The notes beneath the pieces were generated by a model. It was not told where the DNA came from. It ran no database searches and was given only the letters and a program-made list of their open reading frames with translations. A DNA stretch of 64,000 nucleotides from an uncultured Eubacteriales bacterium (lineage in GTDB: Bacteria; Bacillota; Clostridia; Oscillospirales; Acutalibacteraceae). Position 1 is the stretch's first letter. Each line of letters begins with the position of its first letter. Below, piece by piece: positions 57,146 through 64,000 of this stretch. The stretch lies in NCBI GenBank assembly GCA_934463265.1, contig CAKSIU010000003.1, positions 4,463-68,462 on the forward strand, in the 5' to 3' direction. The position numbers were made by a program, and so were the translations under genes.

Positions 57146-59308
57146 CTATTCGGTAGTAATCAACTGCGTATAAACACCGTTATTCGCGAATAATTCATCG
57201 TGAGTTCCGCGCTCGATAACCCGGCATTTGTCCAGAACGATAATCTCATCGCAATCACGAATTGTAGAAAGTCTGTGTGCAACAATTATACACGTAACGC
57301 CTCTGTCTGTAATTGATTTTATAACATCGTGCTCAGTTTTTGCATCCAGCGCTGATGTAGCCTCATCTAAAACGATTATCGTTGGGTTTTTTGCAAGAGT
57401 TCTGGCTATTTCCAATCGTTGACGCTGTCCACCAGAAAAATTCTTTCCGCCCTCCAAGACTTTATGACTATAACCTCCGTCTTTTAGCATAATGTCCTCA
57501 TGAATATGCGCGTCTTTTGCGGCAACAATCATTTCTGTGTCGCTTATGGACTTGTCCCACATTTTTATGTTTTCAGAAATTGTATCCTCAAATAAAATTA
57601 TATCCTGGTCAACAACCGCAACCGAACTTGTAAAAATTTCTCTGTTTACGTCGGATATCGGTGTCCCATCGAAAGTTATCTCGCCAGACCAGGGTTTGTA
57701 TAGGCCGGAAATAAGCTTCGCCAGCGTTGACTTTCCACAACCAGATGCACCTACAAAAGCTACTGTTGAACCTGGCTTTAATGTCAAATTAAAGTCTTTA
57801 ATCAGCGGCTCGCCAAGAGGTTTATATCCGAACGTAACATTTTTCATCTGCATTTCGCCCGTCAATTTTGAATACTCTGCATTTTCGTCAATCTCCAAAC
57901 CATCGTAATCGACGTCCGGCTCGTAATTCATAACATCCTCAATACGCTCCATATCTGTGCGCATTTCTTGAATTTGCTGACCGATTCCTCTAAAAGATTC
58001 CAGCGGTTCAATAAATTTTCCTAAATATCCCTGAAACATCATCAAAATACCGGCCGTAAATCCATTTGTGCCCTGCATTATGAACATTGCGCCTATTAGC
58101 AAAACCGCCATATTCGCGAAACCTTGCAACACCGCAGGAATTGCGCCGATATACTCGTTAATTTTTGAAAATTTTACTACAGAAGAGTTCACCGAAGCCT
58201 GATATCCCGACCATTTTTCAAAAAAACCATTTTCTGCACCAGAAGATTTAATAGTTTCAATCATTTCTATGCCGGAAACCGTCGTAGAAGCCAATTTTCC
58301 TGCATCTCTCATCTGTGCGCGAGTGATGTTAATTCGTTTTTTAGATATGTAATTTGCCAAAAACATATTTATGATAACCGCAGTTAAGCCCAGTAGCGTA
58401 AGCGGCCAGCTGATGTTTATGACCATAAAAAAGTAAAAAACTAACATTATCGCGTTCAATAAAATCGGAGCCAAACTTTGAATCAAAACTTCAGCTATGC
58501 CCTCATTTGAGGCCTGACGCATGGCGATATCTCCGATTTGTCGCTGAGAAAAAAAGTGCATTGGCAAGCGCAAAACGTGCCACATAAACATAGAATTTGC
58601 TACAATTGCGAGTTTACCTTTTATTTTCAACATATAAACTATATTTATTGCCTGAACTATTATTTGAAAAATTACAAGCGTAGCCATTCCGGAAAGCACC
58701 GGCATTAACCATTCTGGGTTTTCGCCGGATAAAATTCTATCCATAAAAATTCGGGTGAAAACCGGATTAATTATTCCGATAAATGTGACCAAAAGTCCGG
58801 TTAAAATTACGAAAATAAACGGGACTAACGTTCCTTTAAGACGTTTTTTAGCAAAAGATAAAACACTTTTCTTTTTGCCGTCCGCCACAAATTTTTCGGT
58901 CTTTTCAAAACATACAATAATTCCCGTAAATGACCTATCAAAATCGTCCATAGAAACCTCTACAGTGCCGCGCGCTGGGTCATTTATGACAGCTTTATTC
59001 TTCTTAAAACCGTTTAAAACTACAAAATGATTAAAATTCCAGTGAATAATTGCAGGAAGAGGCAAAGTTTTAACATCATCCATTCCGCATCTGTAGGCGT
59101 CGACCTGCAGACCGTAAGATTGCGCTGCATCCGACATATCCTTCAAATTACTTCCATCTCTAGAAACGCCACAGTCAGCACGAACCTTTTCAAGAGGAAG
59201 CCATTTTCCGTGATAAGCCAAAATCATCGCAAGAGAAGCCGCTCCACACTCCAGCGCCTCCATCTGCATAATCACAGGAACTTTTGCGACTTTACTTTTA
59301 AACATCAC
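57146..59308 (-). CDS. bacteriocin-system ABC transporter with N-terminal C39 peptidase domain (NHLM-type ABC1-like)
   Basis: 720 aa. C39 domain with catalytic Cys (QMEALECGAASLAMIL) and His (NHFVVL). TM domain. Walker A GASGCGKST, SGGQRQR, VLDEATS. Confidence 0.9.
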   Translation of the reverse strand: MMFKSKVAKVPVIMQMEALECGAASLAMILAYHGKWLPLEKVRADCGVSRDGSNLKDMSDAAQSYGLQVDAYRCGMDDVKTLPLPAIIHWNFNHFVVLNGFKKNKAVINDPARGTVEVSMDDFDRSFTGIIVCFEKTEKFVADGKKKSVLSFAKKRLKGTLVPFIFVILTGLLVTFIGIINPVFTRIFMDRILSGENPEWLMPVLSGMATLVIFQIIVQAINIVYMLKIKGKLAIVANSMFMWHVLRLPMHFFSQRQIGDIAMRQASNEGIAEVLIQSLAPILLNAIMLVFYFFMVINISWPLTLLGLTAVIINMFLANYISKKRINITRAQMRDAGKLASTTVSGIEMIETIKSSGAENGFFEKWSGYQASVNSSVVKFSKINEYIGAIPAVLQGFANMAVLLIGAMFIMQGTNGFTAGILMMFQGYLGKFIEPLESFRGIGQQIQEMRTDMERIEDVMNYEPDVDYDGLEIDENAEYSKLTGEMQMKNVTFGYKPLGEPLIKDFNLTLKPGSTVAFVGASGCGKSTLAKLISGLYKPWSGEITFDGTPISDVNREIFTSSVAVVDQDIILFEDTISENIKMWDKSISDTEMIVAAKDAHIHEDIMLKDGGYSHKVLEGGKNFSGGQRQRLEIARTLAKNPTIIVLDEATSALDAKTEHDVIKSITDRGVTCIIVAHRLSTIRDCDEIIVLDKCRVIERGTHDELFANNGVYTQLITTE

Positions 59309-59319
59309 AAATTCCTCCT

Positions 59320-59910
59320 TTATTTCGACTCGCTAAACAAAAATTTTATCGGAGCCACCGATTCTGTAATTATGTCAGCCTTGCATAAATCGTCCACCTT
59401 CAAAAAAGTTTCATCTCCAACTTCATTGTTAGCCCAGTCATAATTGCCGTCTGAGGTTTTATTAACTTTAATCAAAACGCCAACTCCATAATCGGCTTCC
59501 AAAATGCTGTCCGCAACGTATTCGCTCGAATAAGAATGTAAAATATCTTCTTGTTTAACCGGAACTTGCGAAATTTTTATAACTTTTCCGTTAACATACG
59601 CACTCATCGGCTTATTCTTGTCATAAATGCGAACAGGCATTCCCTCAGAAATTTTCTGCGCATAGTTGACATCTACATAGCAAACAACCGAATCTATGCT
59701 GTCTTGAGAGCTGCCTTGAAAAACTCCCGTTCCAGAAACTTCCGAAGTGATATTTCCGCTAAAAGCCCAAATCGAAAACGCAATCGCAATTATAAACATC
59801 GCACCTATAATCAGCCAAACGCTGGGGTTAGAAACCTTTATGTAATCATTCAGCTGTTCCGGAGATGATATCCTCTCCAAATTCTTTTTTCTAAATAAAC
59901 TGTCATTCAT
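59320..59910 (-). CDS. short HlyD-like bacteriocin secretion accessory protein
   Basis: 196 aa. N-terminus LFRKKNLERISSPEQLNDYIKVSNPSVW + TM helix matches the start of NHLM-system HlyD proteins. The coiled-coil hairpin region appears to be absent. Confidence 0.6.
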   Translation of the reverse strand: MNDSLFRKKNLERISSPEQLNDYIKVSNPSVWLIIGAMFIIAIAFSIWAFSGNITSEVSGTGVFQGSSQDSIDSVVCYVDVNYAQKISEGMPVRIYDKNKPMSAYVNGKVIKISQVPVKQEDILHSYSSEYVADSILEADYGVGVLIKVNKTSDGNYDWANNEVGDETFLKVDDLCKADIITESVAPIKFLFSESK

Positions 59911-60073
59911 AATTAAAACCCCTCTTCCTTATTTTGTAAAATAATTCTTAAAATTTTGCGTTTTAATTTTTAAATATAGCATAAAACTTTATTTAAAGAT
60001 TAAAATCAATAAATAATTAAATCAATTATACAGTTATTTATATAAATTGTCAATGTAAAAAATTAAAAAATAA

Positions 60074-61579
<1,506 letters not shown>

Positions 61580-61630
61580 TATTTAATCTGTTGAAAAATC
61601 ACTTGTCAACGATTTTTCCTCAAATATATA

Positions 61631-61670
61631 CCTGGAGGCTGGCGCACTATATCGCGCGCCAGCCTCCGGA
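61631..61670 (+). terminator. eno terminator carrying the shared GC-rich hairpin core
   Basis: GGAGGCTGGCGC-ACTATATCGC-GCGCCAGCCTCC (12-bp stem, 10-nt loop), then TACTTTTATC. Core 61643-61660 matches 40076-40093 in reverse complement. Confidence 0.7.
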
Positions 61671-61675
61671 TACTT

Positions 61676-62323
61676 TTATCTGTTCAAAAATTCATTCTTT
61701 AGCTCAGCCTTAACTTTTTGCAAATTGCTGCAGCTTAAAATTGGAATCAAATCATTAATTTTATTTATTGGTAAGTCCCACCACTTAATTTTTTCAAGAA
61801 TATCTATAAGTTCATCTTCAAATCTTTTACGAATAAATTTTGCAGGATTTCCCGCTACAATTGAGTACGGAGCAACGTCTGAGCCTACTGTACTGTTTGC
61901 ACCAATAATCGCACCGTCACCAACTTCAACTCCAGGTAAAATTGTGACATTTTGGCCAATCCATACATCATTCCCTATAACAGTATCGCCTTTTAGTGGC
62001 ATTTCCGACAAAGACGGAATTTCTTGATCCCAACCATTAAGTATGTAAAATGGAAATGTTGAAACTGCGTTCATTTGATGATTTGCGCCGTTCATAATAA
62101 AATTTACACCAGCAGCTATTTGACAGAACTTTCCTATTATAAGTTTGTCTCCATAAAAATCATAGTGATGTGTCACATGTTTTTCAAAATCCTCACCGCT
62201 AAAATAAGTAAATTCTCCCACAATAATATTGGGATTTTTAATCGCCGGTTTAACATATGTAACGGACTTTATTCCTTTAACAGGATATATCTCATTTGGG
62301 TTTATTTTAAGATTTTCAGCCAT
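61676..62323 (-). CDS. vat: Vat-family streptogramin A O-acetyltransferase (xenobiotic hexapeptide acetyltransferase)
   Basis: 215 aa. Collinear with Vat(D)/SatA as I recall it: YPVKG.KSV.., HHYDFYGDKLIIGKFCQIA, IMNGANHQM, GDTVIGNDVWIG, GNPAKFIRKRF, IKWWDLP. Confidence 0.8.
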   Translation of the reverse strand: MAENLKINPNEIYPVKGIKSVTYVKPAIKNPNIIVGEFTYFSGEDFEKHVTHHYDFYGDKLIIGKFCQIAAGVNFIMNGANHQMNAVSTFPFYILNGWDQEIPSLSEMPLKGDTVIGNDVWIGQNVTILPGVEVGDGAIIGANSTVGSDVAPYSIVAGNPAKFIRKRFEDELIDILEKIKWWDLPINKINDLIPILSCSNLQKVKAELKNEFLNR

Positions 62324-62438
62324 GTCTTACCTCCAGAAGCAAAATTTACTTGAATTATACATAAACAAAACTTATTAATCAATAGAAATTCGTTAAAATC
62401 AATTGAAGTACCTCTTTTCAAAAGTACTCCAAACTAAG

Positions 62439-63221
62439 TTAATTATTGCCTTTTATTTTATCCAGCGCATATTTTTCCAGTCGAGAAACTTGCGCTTGAC
62501 TGATACCTATTTCAGATGCGACTTCCATCTGGGTTTTTCCGACAAGAAATCGTAGCGTTAAAATTTTCTTTTCGCGCTCGTTTAGTTTGGCAATAGATTC
62601 TTTTAAAACTATCTCATCAAGCCAATTCATGTCTTCATTTTTATTGCCAATCTGGTCCATCACATAAATGGTATCATTGCCGTCAGAAAAAACTGGCTCA
62701 TAAAGAGAAACTGGTTCCACAACCGACTCTAATGCGATAACGAGTGTTTCTTTTTTTATATCCAACTTCTTCGCGATTTCTTCAACCGTCGGTTCTCTAT
62801 CAGTTTCTGCCATAATTTGTTCTTTTATCTGCATGGCCTTATATGCAATATCCCTCATGGAACGGCTTACTCGAACTGAATTATTATCGCGCAAATATCT
62901 TCTTATTTCGCCGATTATCATCGGTACACCATACGTAGAAAATCTGACATTAAGATTTATATCAAAATTATCAATGGCCTTTATAAGGCCAATACAGCCG
63001 ACTTGAAAAAGGTCATCGAGATTTTCTCCCCTATTCGTAAAACGTTGAATTACGCTAAGTACAAGCCTTAAATTTCCATTCACTAAATCTTCCCTAGCTT
63101 TTTTCCGTTCCTTTTCGGTACCGTTTCTCATAATTTTTAAAAGTTCAATTTTTTCCGATTCTGTTAAAACTTTAAGTTTCGCCGTGTTTACTCCGCAAAT
63201 TTCCACCTTATTATACTGCAT
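62439..63221 (-). CDS. sigG: sporulation sigma factor SigG
   Basis: 260 aa. N-terminal VEICGVNTAKLKVL, GNLRLVLSVIQRF, DDLFQVGCIGLIKAIDNFD and region 4 HTH. This pattern fits SigG better than SigF. Confidence 0.8.
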   Translation of the reverse strand: MQYNKVEICGVNTAKLKVLTESEKIELLKIMRNGTEKERKKAREDLVNGNLRLVLSVIQRFTNRGENLDDLFQVGCIGLIKAIDNFDINLNVRFSTYGVPMIIGEIRRYLRDNNSVRVSRSMRDIAYKAMQIKEQIMAETDREPTVEEIAKKLDIKKETLVIALESVVEPVSLYEPVFSDGNDTIYVMDQIGNKNEDMNWLDEIVLKESIAKLNEREKKILTLRFLVGKTQMEVASEIGISQAQVSRLEKYALDKIKGNN

Positions 63222-63356
63222 TTAATAAAAAACTCCTTCCACTTTTGTCTTCAATTAAAGTATTGTCTTTTAGAGCCTAATTAATGCAAATAATAAATAA
63301 AATCAAACGGAATAATCGGGACATAATATAATTAAAAAGAAAAAGGAGAATTAATA

Positions 63357-63518
63357 ATGGAAAACAATAATTATAAAACAGATAAAAATAAACTTGAAAA
63401 AATTTCTGCAGGAAAAGGCGAAAAGGAATTGAGCAAAAAGAAAATTTTTAAAGAAACCGGTCGAATTATAGCCAATCCTCTAATACACAAAAATCATGAT
63501 TATTTTAATGATAACTAA
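63357..63518 (+). CDS. hypothetical 53-aa protein
   Basis: Hand-read ORF MENNNYKTDKNKLEKISAGKGEKELSKKKIFKETGRIIANPLIHKNHDYFNDN behind AAAAGGAG. No family recognised. Confidence 0.35.
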   Translation: MENNNYKTDKNKLEKISAGKGEKELSKKKIFKETGRIIANPLIHKNHDYFNDN

Positions 63519-63524
63519 CCCATA

Positions 63525-63683
63525 TTAATTTCGATTTGCAACTAAAAGCAGTGCAAGCTGGTCTCCGATAACCGAGAAAAGTGCCGCTAAAATTTCTACA
63601 GTTTCAGCGTCACAATTTCTTGCAATCTCCGAAGATATAATTCCACCCACTGTAATAAGTTTTTCTCCGTAGCAATTTTTCAT
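63525..63683 (-). CDS. small protein (52 aa), DUF6774-like
   Basis: Hand-read ORF MKNCYGEKLITVGGIISSEIARNCDAETVEILAALFSVIGDQLALLLVANRN behind AGGTGGTG. The ..LAALFSVIGDQLALL.. block resembles small clostridial proteins I recall as DUF6774. Confidence 0.4.
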   Translation of the reverse strand: MKNCYGEKLITVGGIISSEIARNCDAETVEILAALFSVIGDQLALLLVANRN

Positions 63684-63782
63684 TTTAACACCACCTAAAA
63701 ATATACTATGCAGAAAAAAAGCAAAAGTAAAAGTAATTTCTACATTACTTTTACTTTCTTGTTATAAAAATCGATATAAAAT

Positions 63783-64000
63783 TTAAAAGCCCAAATTTAA
63801 AGTGTCAATATAAAGCTTATAATCAAAACTTTTTTCACTACTCAGCGCATCACTTATATCCATATCAACTATTTTTCCGCCTTGAACTACAATAACTCGA
63901 TTACTCTTATTTTCTGCCAAAAGGTTTGCCGCATACATTCCCATCTGAGAGGCTATTACTCTATCTTTTAAAGTTGGCGCTCCACCTCTTTGTATGTGGC
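63783..64000 (-). CDS. pfkA: ATP-dependent 6-phosphofructokinase, C-terminal part (gene runs off the right edge)
   Basis: Hand translation of the minus strand: ..HIQRGGAPTLKDRVIASQMGMYAANLLAENKSNRVIVVQGGKIVDMDISDAL.., the conserved PfkA C-terminus. Stop at 63785-63783. Confidence 0.85.
   Translation of the reverse strand, partial: HIQRGGAPTLKDRVIASQMGMYAANLLAENKSNRVIVVQGGKIVDMDISDALSSEKSFDYKLYIDTLNLGF

Overview
AT-rich chromosomal segment from a spore-forming low-GC Firmicute, Clostridia-like (spoIVA, spoVM, sigG, pdaA and a SipL-like coat protein are present). Most of the window is housekeeping: a DnaD/DnaI-type helicase-loader pair, hrcA-grpE-dnaK-dnaJ-prmA behind a perfect CIRCE operator, corA, rplU-prp-rpmA-obg-mrnC, a Tyr T-box plus tyrS, recJ-relA, queT, a TrkH-family gene, pyk, tadA, two M42 peptidases, murD, eno, sigG and a partial pfkA. 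The points worth a second look are: (1) two convergent orphan genes for double-glycine-leader peptides at 11.5-12.0 kb, one with six Cys. (2) A paired-ABC bacteriocin-type exporter (C39 peptidase ABC, second ABC, short HlyD-like protein) at 54.9-59.9 kb with no precursor or maturase nearby, next to a sortase-type surface protein and two paralogous secreted repeat proteins. (3) A 98-nt perfect four-way-junction palindrome cluster between murD and a peptidase gene. (4) An identical 18-nt GC-rich hairpin core in the terminators of pyk and eno. (5) A decayed IS110-family element with a GC-richer 5' non-coding region that could encode a bridge RNA. (6) A corA leader with mutually exclusive terminator/antiterminator pairings that is not an M-box. 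(7) A stand-alone 6S-like RNA. (8) An unannotated spoVM. (9) A VanY-like protein that has lost its zinc ligands. (10) A Vat-type streptogramin acetyltransferase. I found no CRISPR array, tRNA or rRNA. All homology statements come from reading the translations by eye, not from database searches.
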